From: Xanthobacteraceae bacterium | Lineage (GTDB): Bacteria > Pseudomonadota > Alphaproteobacteria > Rhizobiales > Xanthobacteraceae | Length of the DNA stretch: 64,000 nucleotides | Direction of reading: 5' to 3' | NCBI GenBank assembly: GCA_040901465.1 | Contig: JBBDYN010000026.1 | Coordinates: 44,380-108,379, forward strand | In this document: positions 37,081 through 47,068 of the stretch, piece by piece | Layout: each line of letters starts with the position of its first letter | How positions within the stretch are numbered: the first letter of the stretch is position 1 | Made by a program: the position numbers and the translations under genes | The notes under the pieces: model-generated | The model's input: the letters and a program-made list of their open reading frames with translations, nothing else | Told to the model about the DNA's origin: nothing | Databases searched by the model: none

Positions 37081-38058
37081 TCAGGGCAATAGCACGGTCG
37101 AGCCCGTGGTCTTACGAGATTCCAGATCGCGATGCGCCTGGGCGGCGTCCTTGAGCGCATACGTCTGCTTGACGGGAATGTTCACGGCGCCCTTCCCGAC
37201 GACGTCCATCACGTCCTTCGCCATGGCGACCATGTCCTCGCGCTTGGCGCCGTAGTGCACGAGCGTCGGGCGCGTCGCGAACAGCGAGCCCTTCTGCTGG
37301 AGTATCAAAATGTTGAACGCATCGATTGCGCCGGAGGCATTGCCGAAGCTCACGAACATGCCGAGCGGCTTGAGGCAGTCGAGCGAGGCCGGGAACGTCG
37401 CTTTGCCGACGCCGTCATAAACCACCTCGCATTTCGCGCCGTTGGTGATCTCGGTGACGCGCTTGGCGAAATCTTCGTCGCGATAATTGATCGTGTGACG
37501 GGCGCCGTTTTCCTTGGCGAGCTTCGCTTTGTCGGCGGAACCGACAGTGCCAATCACGGTCGCGCCGAGATGGTTCGCCCACTGGCAGAGGATGAGTCCA
37601 ACGCCGCCGGCCGCGGCGTGCACGAGAATGGTGTGGCCCTTCTGTACCTTGAACGTCTGCTTGAGGAGATACCGCGCGGTCATGCCCTTCAGCATCATGC
37701 CGGCCGCGGCCTTGTCGTCGATGTTGTCGGGAAGCTTCACAATTTTATCGACCGGGATATTGCGCTCGGCGGCGTAGCCGCCGGTCGACATGCCGTAGGC
37801 GACGCGGTCGCCGACCTTGAATTCGGTGACGCCCGGACCGACGGTCGTGACGACGCCGGCACCTTCATTGCCCGGAACCATCGGCAGGCCGCCGGGCGCG
37901 GGATAAAGGCCAGTACGGAAATATGTATCGATGAAGTTCAGCCCGATCGCGCCCTGCTTGAGCCGCACTTCGTTGGGGCCCGGATCCTTGAGCGTGATGT
38001 CTTCATAGGTAAGGACTTCCGGGCCGCCGATCTTATGAATACGGACTGCCGCAACCAT
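37081..38058 (-). CDS. qor: NADPH:quinone oxidoreductase (zeta-crystallin-like MDR)
   Basis: It has VRIHKIGGPEVL, GxNFID and the nucleotide motif AAAGGVG. The start is taken at the third ATG (38058). The ORF track starts at 38076. Confidence 0.9.
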   Translation of the reverse strand: MVAAVRIHKIGGPEVLTYEDITLKDPGPNEVRLKQGAIGLNFIDTYFRTGLYPAPGGLPMVPGNEGAGVVTTVGPGVTEFKVGDRVAYGMSTGGYAAERNIPVDKIVKLPDNIDDKAAAGMMLKGMTARYLLKQTFKVQKGHTILVHAAAGGVGLILCQWANHLGATVIGTVGSADKAKLAKENGARHTINYRDEDFAKRVTEITNGAKCEVVYDGVGKATFPASLDCLKPLGMFVSFGNASGAIDAFNILILQQKGSLFATRPTLVHYGAKREDMVAMAKDVMDVVGKGAVNIPVKQTYALKDAAQAHRDLESRKTTGSTVLLP

Positions 38059-38072
38059 TTTCGCTTCCTCCA

Positions 38073-38834
38073 TCAATGATGCGGCTTGCTATTGCCGCCC
38101 GAACTTCTCGCTTTGCGCCGGTGTTGCCGATTGCGGCGCGCCAGGACATTGAACGCCTCGACACCCGCAGAGAATGCCATCGCGAAGTAAATATACGCTC
38201 GCGGAATATGAAAGCCCATGCCGTCCGCAATCAGCGCCACGCCGATTAGGATCAGGAAGGCGAGCGCGAGCATCTTCGTCGTGGGATAGCGAGCGACGAA
38301 CTCGCTGACCGGGCCGGACGAAACGTACATAACGCCCACCGCAATGATGACCGCGATGATCATGACCTCGATGTCCTGGGCCATGCCAATCGCGGTGACG
38401 ATCGAGTCGACCGAGAACACGAGGTCGATGGCGATCACTTGTGCAACCGCCCATTTAAAGGCGTGCTTCGATACTCGGACGGGTTCGCCCTCCTCCAGCC
38501 CTTCGATCTCGGCGTGCACTTCGCGGGTGGCCTTGGTGAGCAGGAACAGGCCGCCGCCGATCAAGACGATGTCGCGCCAGGAAAATTCCTGGCCCCAGAA
38601 TTCGAGCACCGGCTCCGTGAGGCCGATCAGCCAGGTCAGGAAGAACAACAGAATGATGCGGAAGATGAGCGCGAGGCTGAGCCCGATCCGCCGCGCGCGT
38701 TCGCGCGCCTTGGCGTCGAGCCTCGCGACCAATACGGAAATGAAAACGACGTTGTCGATGCCGAGCACGATCTCGATCGCGGTAAGCGAAACGAGCGCGA
38801 TCCAGGCTTCGGGGTTGACGATCCATTCGAGCAT
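38073..38834 (-). CDS. TerC-family integral membrane protein
   Basis: 253 aa with the repeated TerC motifs LGIDNVVFIS and FSVDSIVTAIG. Confidence 0.9.
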   Translation of the reverse strand: MLEWIVNPEAWIALVSLTAIEIVLGIDNVVFISVLVARLDAKARERARRIGLSLALIFRIILLFFLTWLIGLTEPVLEFWGQEFSWRDIVLIGGGLFLLTKATREVHAEIEGLEEGEPVRVSKHAFKWAVAQVIAIDLVFSVDSIVTAIGMAQDIEVMIIAVIIAVGVMYVSSGPVSEFVARYPTTKMLALAFLILIGVALIADGMGFHIPRAYIYFAMAFSAGVEAFNVLARRNRQHRRKARSSGGNSKPHH

Positions 38835-38840
38835 AGCGGC

Positions 38841-39575
38841 CTAAGGTTTCCGATGTGCGGGGCGAGCTAGTCCGACGGCAATGAAATACACCGCGAGGAC
38901 GACCAGTCCAAGAACGACGGCGGGCGGCGGCGACAGGTGATACCAGAGCGCTGCGAGGCCGAGCGCGCCCCAGGCCGCGAGCAGGATCAGGTTGATGACG
39001 GCCCAGCGCTTCGCGCGCAAGGGGTGGGCGAACAGGATCGGCGCGAATGTGAGAACGATGAAGAGCGCAACCAAAACGAGCGCGACCGTTGGATCGGGAT
39101 GAAGCACGAATAGATAAAACACCACGATGTTCCAGAGCGCAGGGAAGCCGCGGAAATAGCCGTCCTCGGTCTTCATATTTGTGTCGGCGAAATAGATCGC
39201 GCTCGAGATCAGGATGGCAACCGCCGCCGGCAGCGCGAAGGGCGGCGCCAGGATCGCTCCCGTGACCAGGGCGAAGGTCGGTACAAATACGTAATTCAGA
39301 AAATCCACAACGAGATCGAGCACGTCGCCCGACCAGCGCGGCAGCACTTCGGCGACTTTCAGGCGGCGGGCAAGCGTTCCGTCGATTCCGTCGATGAGGA
39401 GAGCGAGGCCGAGCAGCACGAACGTCACGGTAAATTCACCGGCGATCGCGGCCGTCAGCGCAAAAAACGCGATCGCGGCCCCCGCGGCGGTGAGGAGATG
39501 CACCGAAAACGACGCAATGCGACGCGCGGGGGTCGCAGGCATTGGGATTGGCGGACGTTTGGATTTGAAGGCCAT
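38841..39575 (-). CDS. pcs: Phosphatidylcholine synthase (CDP-alcohol phosphatidyltransferase family)
   Basis: It has the CDP-alcohol motif DGIDGTLAR...GDVLDLVVD and the Pcs-type N-terminus (VHLLTAAGA). About 244 aa. Confidence 0.8.
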   Translation of the reverse strand: MAFKSKRPPIPMPATPARRIASFSVHLLTAAGAAIAFFALTAAIAGEFTVTFVLLGLALLIDGIDGTLARRLKVAEVLPRWSGDVLDLVVDFLNYVFVPTFALVTGAILAPPFALPAAVAILISSAIYFADTNMKTEDGYFRGFPALWNIVVFYLFVLHPDPTVALVLVALFIVLTFAPILFAHPLRAKRWAVINLILLAAWGALGLAALWYHLSPPPAVVLGLVVLAVYFIAVGLARPAHRKP

Positions 39576-39661
39576 GGGGACTTCGGAAATGTCCCCTTTC
39601 TTAGCCTATCAGGAGCATGGCGGGTACACCCCTCGCCCACGGGCCGGCCCAGGGCTATGTA

Positions 39662-40870
39662 ATGAGGATGAAGCTCACGGCGGAAATCGCGGTGGTCGGC
39701 GGCGGGCCTTCGGGGCTGGTCGCAGCGATCGCGCTTGCGGCGGCCGGGGCCGATACGGTGCTGTATGCGCCGCCGGCGGCGGGCCCGGATCGGCGCACGA
39801 CGGCGCTCCTCAACGGATCGGTACGGACGCTGGAGGCGCTTGGCCTTTGGCAAGCGCTTGCGCCGCATACCGCGCCGCTCGCGCGACTGCGGCTGGTCGA
39901 CGTCACGCGACGCCTCATCCGCGCACCGGAGGTGACGTTTGCAGCGGCAGAACTCCGGCTCGAAGCTTTCGGCCACAATATCGAGAACGAAATTCTGCGG
40001 CGCGAGCTGCGCGCGACGGCAGGCAAGAGGGTCAAGCTTCGCGTGGTGGAGGCGGCAATTGATGCGGTTGTGCCCGATGACAGCGGCGTGACGCTCCGCG
40101 CAGGTGGGCACGAGGAACGAGTCCGGCTCGTTGTCGCCGCGGACGGGCGTCATTCGATTTGCCGCAAGGCCGCCGGCATCAAGACAAGCCGGCGCGAGTT
40201 TGCGCAAACGGTGTTGACGATGAACTTGCGGCACTCCAGGCCGCACCGGAATATTTCGACCGAGTTTCATACCGAGAGTGGCCCCTTCACGCTTGTGCCG
40301 CTGCCGGGCAATCGCTCGAGCCTTGTCTGGGCCGTCGAGCTGCGTGAAGCGGAGGCGCTGCTCGCCCTCGATGACGCGAAGCTTTCCCACGAAGTCGAGC
40401 GGCGCGCGCATTCGATCCTTGGGCGCATGGAGATCGACGGAGCGCGCGGGAGCTTCCCGCTCGCCATCGCAGTGGCCGAGCGCTTCGCGGATCAACGGAT
40501 TGCGCTTGTTGGTGAGGCTGGCCACCTGCTGCCGCCGATCGGCGCGCAGGGACTCAATCTTGGCATCCGGGATGCGGCGACGATTGCGGAGCTTGTCGCC
40601 GATACACTGCGCGTGGACGCCGACATTGGCGGCGACGCGGTGCTGAATGACTACGAGGCGCGGCGGCGGCCCGACGTGCGCAATCGTGCGCTCGCCGTCG
40701 AACTGATGAACCGCTCGTTGCTCACGGATCTTCTGCCGGTCCACGCGTTGCGCGGTTTCGGACTCGATCTCGCCTCGCGCTTTGGATTCGTGCGGCGGGC
40801 ATTGATGCGCGAAGGCCTTGGCCCGCGGGACGATGCGGCTCCGCGGCTCGCGCGCGGCGAAGCGCTTTAA
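39662..40870 (+). CDS. UbiH/UbiF/VisC/COQ6-family FAD-dependent hydroxylase
   Basis: It has the FAD motif IAVVGGGPSG plus DGRHS and GEAGHLLPPIGAQGLNLGIRD. The start is at ATG 39662. The ORF track starts at 39617. Confidence 0.85.
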   Translation: MRMKLTAEIAVVGGGPSGLVAAIALAAAGADTVLYAPPAAGPDRRTTALLNGSVRTLEALGLWQALAPHTAPLARLRLVDVTRRLIRAPEVTFAAAELRLEAFGHNIENEILRRELRATAGKRVKLRVVEAAIDAVVPDDSGVTLRAGGHEERVRLVVAADGRHSICRKAAGIKTSRREFAQTVLTMNLRHSRPHRNISTEFHTESGPFTLVPLPGNRSSLVWAVELREAEALLALDDAKLSHEVERRAHSILGRMEIDGARGSFPLAIAVAERFADQRIALVGEAGHLLPPIGAQGLNLGIRDAATIAELVADTLRVDADIGGDAVLNDYEARRRPDVRNRALAVELMNRSLLTDLLPVHALRGFGLDLASRFGFVRRALMREGLGPRDDAAPRLARGEAL

Positions 40871-41967
40871 GATTTTTCCGCGAGCCGCGGGAACGGCCGC
40901 ATTTTCTCGTCGACGCGGAACTGCGGCGAGATCGGGACCGGCACCGCGGGCATTTCACTTCCATCCGGTCCGCGCACGCGATGAGCGAACAGGCCGCGCT
41001 CGATGAAGTGCGGATCGCTGAGCGCCTGTTCCAGCGTGGCGACGATCGTCGCGCAGCAATCGGCCGCCGCAAAGATCGGTTTCCAGTGCGCCGCAGGCTT
41101 CGACGCGATGATCTCGCGCACGGCTTCGTAGGTTGATCGCGCATCTCGCTCGTCGTCGATGAGCGACGAGGGAAGTTCGATCGCCTTGGTGAAGGCTAGC
41201 CAGAATTGCTGCTCGAGCGCGCCGCATGCGACCAGCTTGCCGTCGCTCGTGGGATAGAGCCGGTAGCGCGGCGAGCCGCCATTGTGGCGAAGTTCTCCGG
41301 GTTCGGGATTGCGGCCGGTTGCATGCAGCGTCGCGAGCGCGAACCAGGCGAAAGTGAACATCGCGTCGGTCATGGCTATGTCGATATAGGCGCCCTGCCC
41401 GGTCTTTCCGCGCGCGATCAGCGCGAGCAGAATATTCGTCACGGCCGGAAACGTGCCCCCGCCGATGTCGGCAATGAGCGCGGGCGGGACGACGGGCCGA
41501 TCGGCGGGACCGGGCGCGAGCGCGAGCAAGCCGGTAGAGCCGATGTAGTTGATGTCGTGGCCGGCTTCCTCGTGGCGCGGTCCCCGCTGCCCGTAGCCTG
41601 ATATCGAGCAATAAATGATCCGGGGGTTCCTGGCCCGCACGGCGTCATAGCCGAGGCCCAGGCGCTGCATCACGCCGGGACGAAATTGCTCCACGAGCAC
41701 GTCGGCGCGCGCTATAATTTCCCACGCCGCTCTTTTGCCCTGGTCGCTTTTCAAGTCCGCGACGAGACTCTTCTTGCCGCGATTGAGGAGCGCGAACGGC
41801 ACGGAATAGCCGTTCTTGATCGGCACAAAGCGGCGCACGTCTTCGCCGCCGGGACGTTCGATCTTGACGACTTCGGCGCCGGCCTCGGCGAGCATCAAGG
41901 TCGCAAGCGGCCCCGGCAGAAGCGTCGTGAAATCCGCAACGAGAACGCCTTCGAGTGGCTTCGGCAT
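40867..41967 (-). CDS. CaiB/BaiF family III CoA-transferase
   Basis: 366 aa. The N-terminus LEGVLVADFTTLLPGPLATLMLAEAGAEVVKIE and the GHDINY motif are typical of family III CoA-transferases. Confidence 0.9.
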   Translation of the reverse strand: MPKPLEGVLVADFTTLLPGPLATLMLAEAGAEVVKIERPGGEDVRRFVPIKNGYSVPFALLNRGKKSLVADLKSDQGKRAAWEIIARADVLVEQFRPGVMQRLGLGYDAVRARNPRIIYCSISGYGQRGPRHEEAGHDINYIGSTGLLALAPGPADRPVVPPALIADIGGGTFPAVTNILLALIARGKTGQGAYIDIAMTDAMFTFAWFALATLHATGRNPEPGELRHNGGSPRYRLYPTSDGKLVACGALEQQFWLAFTKAIELPSSLIDDERDARSTYEAVREIIASKPAAHWKPIFAAADCCATIVATLEQALSDPHFIERGLFAHRVRGPDGSEMPAVPVPISPQFRVDEKMRPFPRLAEKS

Positions 41968-41977
41968 GGCGGGCGCC

Positions 41978-42437
41978 TCAGTGGAACAGGTTGGGCTCGA
42001 TCATGCCGTGCTGGATCAAATAAAGCAGCCCCGTCACAGTGACGATCGAGGTAATGGTGCTGACGAGGATTCCGCCCCAAGCCTGCTGCACATGGACATC
42101 GAATTGTCGCGCCATGACGTATGCGTTGAGCGCCGACGGCAATGCGGCCATGAGCACCGCGGCATAGACCCAGAGCGGGTCAAAGCCGCCGATTGCCGAC
42201 AACAGCAGCCATGCGATCAAGGGATGCAGGAACAATTTGATCGTGACGAGGATCTGGATTTCGTCGGGAATGTGTTCGAGCGGGCGCATCGCGACGGTGA
42301 CCCCAAGCGTAAACAGTGCGCAGGGAGCGGCGGCGTTCGCCAAGCCGCTTTCCGGCGGCTTCACGGTCCGCCCATTGGCAAAAACCAGGCAGGATCAGGC
42401 CGAAGAACGGAAGCGCGAGACCGAGAGCGTCGCCCAT
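41978..42437 (-). pseudogene. Remnant of an AEC-family (auxin-efflux-carrier-like) transporter with a large internal deletion
   Basis: The N-terminal ~20 codons (MGDALGLALPFFGLILPGF) run in one frame and join out of frame to a C-terminal ~128 codons (...AAAPCALFTLGVTVA...AALPSALNAYVMA...). The expected ~150 central residues are absent. Confidence 0.6.
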
Positions 42438-42578
42438 CAATAGAGGGACCGGTCGGACGCGACGCGACAGACGCACCCGGTCCGCCCGTCAATCAGGAAA
42501 CCGTGCAAGCTTACCGGAGCCGCTAGGCGGGGGCCTGCGGGTCGGCTAATGCTCATGTGCCCCGAATGCCGAGTCGCA

Positions 42579-43616
42579 ATGACCCTGTCACGCAATTTCT
42601 ACAAGCCGCTTGCGATCGACGCGCCGGAGCCGTTCCGGGAATTGCCGGTGCGACTCGAGCGCATGATCCATTTCGTACCTCCTCATAACGAGAAGCTGCG
42701 CGCGCGCGTGCAGGATCTCGTCAAGGACATCGATGTCATTCTCGGAAATCTCGAGGACGGCATTTCCGTCGAGTCCAAGGTGGCGGCGCGCAAGGGCTTC
42801 ATCGACATGGCGCGCTCGGTCGAATTCGGCTCGACCGGACTGTGGGTGCGGATCAACGCGCTATCGACGCCGTGGGCGTTCGACGAGGTGGTCGAGATCG
42901 TCGGCGAGGTCGGCGGCGAGCTTGACGTGATCATGCTGCCCAAGGTCGATGGGCCGTGGGACATTCATTATCTCGACCGGCTGCTCGCGCAACTCGAAGC
43001 CAAATACGGGCTGAGCCATCCGATCCTGATCCATTGCATCCTGGAGACGGCCGAGGGCGTCACGAACGTGGAGGCGGTCGCTTCCGCGTCCCCTCGCCTG
43101 CACGGCATGAGCCTCGGACCCGCGGACCTTGCCGCGTCGCGCGCGATGAAGACGACGCGCGTCGGCGGTGGGCATCCTGACTACAAAGTGGTCGCCGACC
43201 CGGGCCCGGAAAAACGCCCATCCTTTCAGCAGGACCTCTGGCACTATTCGCTCGGCCGCATGGTGGACGCTTGCGTCGCGAACGGGATCAAGCCGTTCTG
43301 GGGTCCGTTCGGTGATTTTTCCGACGCGGAAGGTTGCGAGGCGCAGTTCCGCAGCGCTTTCGTGCAGGGCTGCGTCGGGGCGTGGTCGCTGCATCCGGAC
43401 CAGATCGAGATCGCCAAGCGTGTGTTCAGCCCCGACCCCGCCGAGGTCGTGTTCGCCAAGCGAATTCTGGCGGCGATGCCGGACGGCTCCGGCGCCGTCA
43501 TGATCGACGGCAAGATGCAAGACGACGCCACCTGGCGGCAGGCAAAGGTCATGGTCGACCGGGCGCGGCTCGTTGCCGCCAAGGACCCGGTTCGGGCCAA
43601 GCTTTATCAATTCTGA
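42579..43616 (+). CDS. HpcH/HpaI aldolase / citrate-lyase-beta family protein (malyl-CoA-lyase-like)
   Basis: [36 protein letters not shown] and GPFGDFSD align with the malyl-CoA/citramalyl-CoA lyase pattern. The start is uncertain between 42549 and 42579. Confidence 0.8.
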   Translation: MTLSRNFYKPLAIDAPEPFRELPVRLERMIHFVPPHNEKLRARVQDLVKDIDVILGNLEDGISVESKVAARKGFIDMARSVEFGSTGLWVRINALSTPWAFDEVVEIVGEVGGELDVIMLPKVDGPWDIHYLDRLLAQLEAKYGLSHPILIHCILETAEGVTNVEAVASASPRLHGMSLGPADLAASRAMKTTRVGGGHPDYKVVADPGPEKRPSFQQDLWHYSLGRMVDACVANGIKPFWGPFGDFSDAEGCEAQFRSAFVQGCVGAWSLHPDQIEIAKRVFSPDPAEVVFAKRILAAMPDGSGAVMIDGKMQDDATWRQAKVMVDRARLVAAKDPVRAKLYQF

Positions 43617-43696
43617 CCGAAATCCGCCGCGATTGACCCTCACTCAGTAGCCCGTAAAATGGCGCTTGGGTCCAGTTTCGTCGCCGGCCGCGAGCC

Positions 43697-44026
43697 ATGA
43701 AGCAGCGTCAAGCCAAGTACCGCATCGGCCAGATCGTACGTCACCGCGTTTATCCGTTTCGCGGCATCGTATTCGACGTGGATCCGAGCTTCAGCAATAC
43801 CGAGGAATGGTACAAGGCGATTCCGGCGGACATCCAGCCGGCCAAGGACCAGCCGTTTTATCACCTGCTCGCCGAAAACGCAGAGACCGAATATGTCGCT
43901 TATGTCTCCGAGCAGAATTTAGTTCCGGATACATCGGGCGAGCCGTTGCGCCATCCGGAGATTGAAGAGCGTTTCGCCGCCGACGACAAGGGCGACTATC
44001 GGGCGCGCGATCAGCAGATTCACTGA
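43697..44026 (+). CDS. hspQ: Heat-shock protein HspQ (YccV-like hemimethylated-DNA-binding domain)
   Basis: 109 aa with KYRIGQIVRHRVYPFRGIVFDVDP...QPFYHLLAEN...YVSEQNL. Confidence 0.9.
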   Translation: MKQRQAKYRIGQIVRHRVYPFRGIVFDVDPSFSNTEEWYKAIPADIQPAKDQPFYHLLAENAETEYVAYVSEQNLVPDTSGEPLRHPEIEERFAADDKGDYRARDQQIH

Positions 44027-44043
44027 CCGCCGCGTAACGGGCC

Positions 44044-44742
44044 CTACCATTTCGAACCACCGCCTTTTCGATCGCGCAGGTACGTGAACAATAAACGCGC
44101 AGCGATCCAGAGAGCGACGGCCGCGATCATGACGCGCAAGCTGACGAGGGCGAGCGCTGCTTGTCCGAAGAAATAGATCAGCGAGCTCCAGAAAATCATC
44201 CATGCAAGCGCGGCTATCGTCGAGACCGCGAAGAATTGGCCGAACGGAAATTGCAAAATGCCGGCTGCCGTCGAGGTCAGCGACGCCAGATTGAACTGCC
44301 AATACGTCGTGAAGATCGCGCTCAGTCCGTACTTTCCCAAGCGCTCTTTGGCGCGCTCCAGCGATTCCTTCAATCCGAATGCGACGAACATTCGATACCA
44401 GCCGTGCTTCCCGATAAAGAAGTTGATCGTATAAGCGATCGAAAGTCCGACGACTGCCGTGACCGCGATTTGCGCCACGCGAAACGCATCGTTGCCGGCC
44501 AAAATGAGCGCGAGCACGAGCACGATGGTGCCCGGAAAGTACCAGCCGACCAGAAGCAGGCCTTCGATGACGGCGCCGACGAATACGGTGAGCAGACCGT
44601 AATGGTCGAAGTAATCCTTTGCGATCGGGATCAGCGTCGCTTCGGGTGGCAGGTCGAGGACGAGCCAAATCGCATATAGCGAGACAAAAATTGCCAGAAG
44701 AACAAGCGGCAGGGCAATGATCTTTAGGACACGCCGATCCAT
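44044..44742 (-). CDS. DedA/VTT-domain membrane protein
   Basis: 232 aa. It is polytopic and carries the DedA-like signature FVGAVIEGLLLVGWYFPG. Confidence 0.8.
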   Translation of the reverse strand: MDRRVLKIIALPLVLLAIFVSLYAIWLVLDLPPEATLIPIAKDYFDHYGLLTVFVGAVIEGLLLVGWYFPGTIVLVLALILAGNDAFRVAQIAVTAVVGLSIAYTINFFIGKHGWYRMFVAFGLKESLERAKERLGKYGLSAIFTTYWQFNLASLTSTAAGILQFPFGQFFAVSTIAALAWMIFWSSLIYFFGQAALALVSLRVMIAAVALWIAARLLFTYLRDRKGGGSKW

Positions 44743-44826
44743 CGCTTGAAACGAATTCTGTCAATTACGCCCCGCGCCGAGGGCCCCGTTCGCAGCGCAA
44801 GTACTGTCTAGCAATAAATCGAGTCA

Positions 44827-44855
44827 GAAAAAACGATATTGCGTCCGTGACGCAA
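44827..44855 (-). terminator. Putative intrinsic terminator of the 44876-47068 operon
   Basis: On the minus strand there is a hairpin TTGCGTC-ACG-GACGCAA (7-bp stem, 44839-44855), then TATCG, then TTTTTT (44828-44833). It lies about 20 nt after the stop at 44876. Confidence 0.4.
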
Positions 44856-44875
44856 CCGCTTGTTGCCTCCTTGAG

Positions 44876-45226
44876 TTAACGACCGTGTTTGCGGGCACTT
44901 CTCGCGCGGCGAATATTCGGTGCAATCGGCACTACAACCCGAGCCGCGGAATTTCTCGTACTCTGTTTCTGACTCGCGACCGCGTCGATCGTTGCGGACG
45001 AGGCTTCGCTGATTGCGGCGGTTGTGGTAGCCCCTTCCGGTCCGATCGCGGCGCAAAATCCACGCAACTCCTGGTCCGAAATCGAGTGGACCTGTATTTG
45101 AATTTCCAGCTTCGCTATCTCGAGCAGGCGAGCGGAGTCGTTCCACCCGGATGCTCGCAGAGACGAGATGTGAGCGTTCAGCGACTCGATAAGATTATCG
45201 AGCCGTTCGTCCGTGCTCGCTTTCAT
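44876..45226 (-). CDS. Hypothetical protein (116 aa, helical N-half, Ala/Ser/Thr-rich C-half)
   Basis: The ATG at 45226 is preceded by GGGGGAAAAG. The gene lies in a lower-GC patch and is the last gene of the GNAT-isochorismatase operon. I recognise no motif. Confidence 0.5.
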   Translation of the reverse strand: MKASTDERLDNLIESLNAHISSLRASGWNDSARLLEIAKLEIQIQVHSISDQELRGFCAAIGPEGATTTAAISEASSATIDAVASQKQSTRNSAARVVVPIAPNIRRARSARKHGR

Positions 45227-45815
45227 TTCTTTTCCCCCGGCTTCTTCCGTAAGACGACGCGGCGATCCACGTGCGGGTTTTGACCACATCGCCGTACGAC
45301 CCGATAATTTTCGTTACCGTTCGATGCACTTCCCTTGCTGGGATTTCATCCAACGCGTGGCTCATCGACGCGTCGGCAAGAAACGTAAACTCGTGTCCGC
45401 GATGAAAGGCATCGAGCGCCGTCGCGAGGCACGCGGCTTCGCCCGCAAACCCCGCGAGCACCAAATCACCGGTGTTGTTTCTCATGACTTCGGCGAACGC
45501 AGAACTCGCATAACAGGACGGGCGATTTCGGTCGAAGACCATGTCCATTCGCTTCGGCTCAAATCCTTCGATCCAGGCCGAACGCGAAGTCGCGCTTGAG
45601 AACGGAGACCCACTCACCCAGCGGACAAAGGCGACCGGAAAGCCGGCCGTACGCGCGTGCGCGAGCGCGGCGCGGCAATTGGCGATCGCGTCGATCGCGT
45701 CCGGAATTGCCAAAACACGCGAACTCACGACGCGCTCCTGCTGCATGTCGACCAGCACCAGGGTCGGCAATGACGCCGGATCAACGTATGCCCGCAGTCT
45801 TACGACGTTATTCAC
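45195..45815 (-). CDS. Isochorismatase-family cysteine hydrolase
   Basis: It has LVLVDMQQ (catalytic Asp region) and LAGFAGEAACLATALDA (nucleophile Cys region). The start is taken as GTG 45815 in a GTGA overlap with the upstream stop. Confidence 0.75.
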   Translation of the reverse strand: MNNVVRLRAYVDPASLPTLVLVDMQQERVVSSRVLAIPDAIDAIANCRAALAHARTAGFPVAFVRWVSGSPFSSATSRSAWIEGFEPKRMDMVFDRNRPSCYASSAFAEVMRNNTGDLVLAGFAGEAACLATALDAFHRGHEFTFLADASMSHALDEIPAREVHRTVTKIIGSYGDVVKTRTWIAASSYGRSRGKRNESEHGRTAR

Positions 45816-47068
45816 GCGCGCGCCCTCCCTGCGGAAGGCCGCGTCGCCGGGCGCGCCGCCGAGCGTTCGAGAATGCCCGGCGCATGCCAGCGACCTTCCG
45901 GTCGAATGGTGACGTAGGGATCGGTGCCGATCGAGATCGCGTGCGGCGATCGGCTCACGTCGAGTACGACTTCGACATAGTCGAAATCGGAGAAGACAAA
46001 TTCTTGCCGACCTTCCAACGGATGAAAGCCGAACCGGCGCCAGAATCCTACGAGACGCGATTGTGAATGCGCGTAGAATCGCTGGTAGCCCTTCACGCGG
46101 CACAAATCGATGCCGGCTTGAACGATCTTGCTGGCGAGTCCCATGTGGCGAAATTCGCGGCGGACGGCGAGCCGTTCGATCTTCGCGAAGTCCGCGAAGA
46201 AACGGAGGCGCATGCAGCCGGCCGGCTCGTCGCCGACGTAACCGAGGAGATGGCTCGCGGCGAAGTCATTACCGTCGAACTCCTCGCGATAGGGGCATTC
46301 CTGCTCGCCCATGTAAACGGCGCTGCGGATTGCCATGGCCTGCATGACGTCGTCGATCGAGTGCGCGACAGTGACGGCGAACTCGCTGCTCGCGCTACGT
46401 GCTCGATATCCGTCGTAGGACGGCAACTCGTCGGCTGTCGGCTCCGCGCGCTGATACATGTGCAGATGCGGCGCCACAACGCTGCGGAATGTCGCGCCGA
46501 GGCGAAAGCCGAGCGCTTCGAGTATGCGCGTCCCGTCCGGCGTGACGGCGCGCGCGTAAAGATTGGCGTCGCGGTAGAGCGGCGTCCAAACTTTCTCGAG
46601 CGCCAAAGGAATGCCGCCGGCGATCACGCCGCGCGCGTGAACGGCCCAGACGTAAATGCCTGCGGGCTTCTCGTTCTGCTGGGTAATCGCGTTCAGATCG
46701 GGGTTCTTCGTATCCAGCGAGCCGTCGATGAGGCCCTTCATGCCGGCTTCGTTGAGGATCAGGAACGCAAGAAATCCTTCGCCGGCCGGAGAAGTCGCGT
46801 CGAACCGGTTTCGGCGCGCGATCGCCCAAAACGAATCGGGGTTGTGCGCCATGACCCGCTGGACGACGTCCGACTTCGTCAGGCCGGAAATGTCCTGGCG
46901 GGCCCGGGCCATGAGCCCGTCCATTTCAGTCGCGTTGGGGGTGTATACAACCAGACGTTTAGCCAGCCGCTCGGAATCGAGGCCTGCGAGGGGGTGGCTG
47001 ACCGCCCGGACCGGCCGGGCCACGATTTCAGCGGCACGTACGAGGCGAAGATCGTGCGCTATCATCAA
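45812..47068 (-). CDS. Two-domain protein: unknown N-terminal domain plus C-terminal GNAT acetyltransferase
   Basis: The C-terminal ~150 aa carry the GNAT motif A (IERLAVRREFRHMGLASKIV). The N-terminal ~240 aa are unassigned and may be a second degenerate GNAT-like fold. Confidence 0.75.
   Translation of the reverse strand: MMIAHDLRLVRAAEIVARPVRAVSHPLAGLDSERLAKRLVVYTPNATEMDGLMARARQDISGLTKSDVVQRVMAHNPDSFWAIARRNRFDATSPAGEGFLAFLILNEAGMKGLIDGSLDTKNPDLNAITQQNEKPAGIYVWAVHARGVIAGGIPLALEKVWTPLYRDANLYARAVTPDGTRILEALGFRLGATFRSVVAPHLHMYQRAEPTADELPSYDGYRARSASSEFAVTVAHSIDDVMQAMAIRSAVYMGEQECPYREEFDGNDFAASHLLGYVGDEPAGCMRLRFFADFAKIERLAVRREFRHMGLASKIVQAGIDLCRVKGYQRFYAHSQSRLVGFWRRFGFHPLEGRQEFVFSDFDYVEVVLDVSRSPHAISIGTDPYVTIRPEGRWHAPGILERSAARPATRPSAGRARA

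Noticed and set aside
40867-40870. Convergent genes sharing palindromic overlapping stop codons: TTAA here and CTAG at 60206-60209.
   Set aside because: The overlaps are real but trivial consequences of tight packing. There is no evidence of function.
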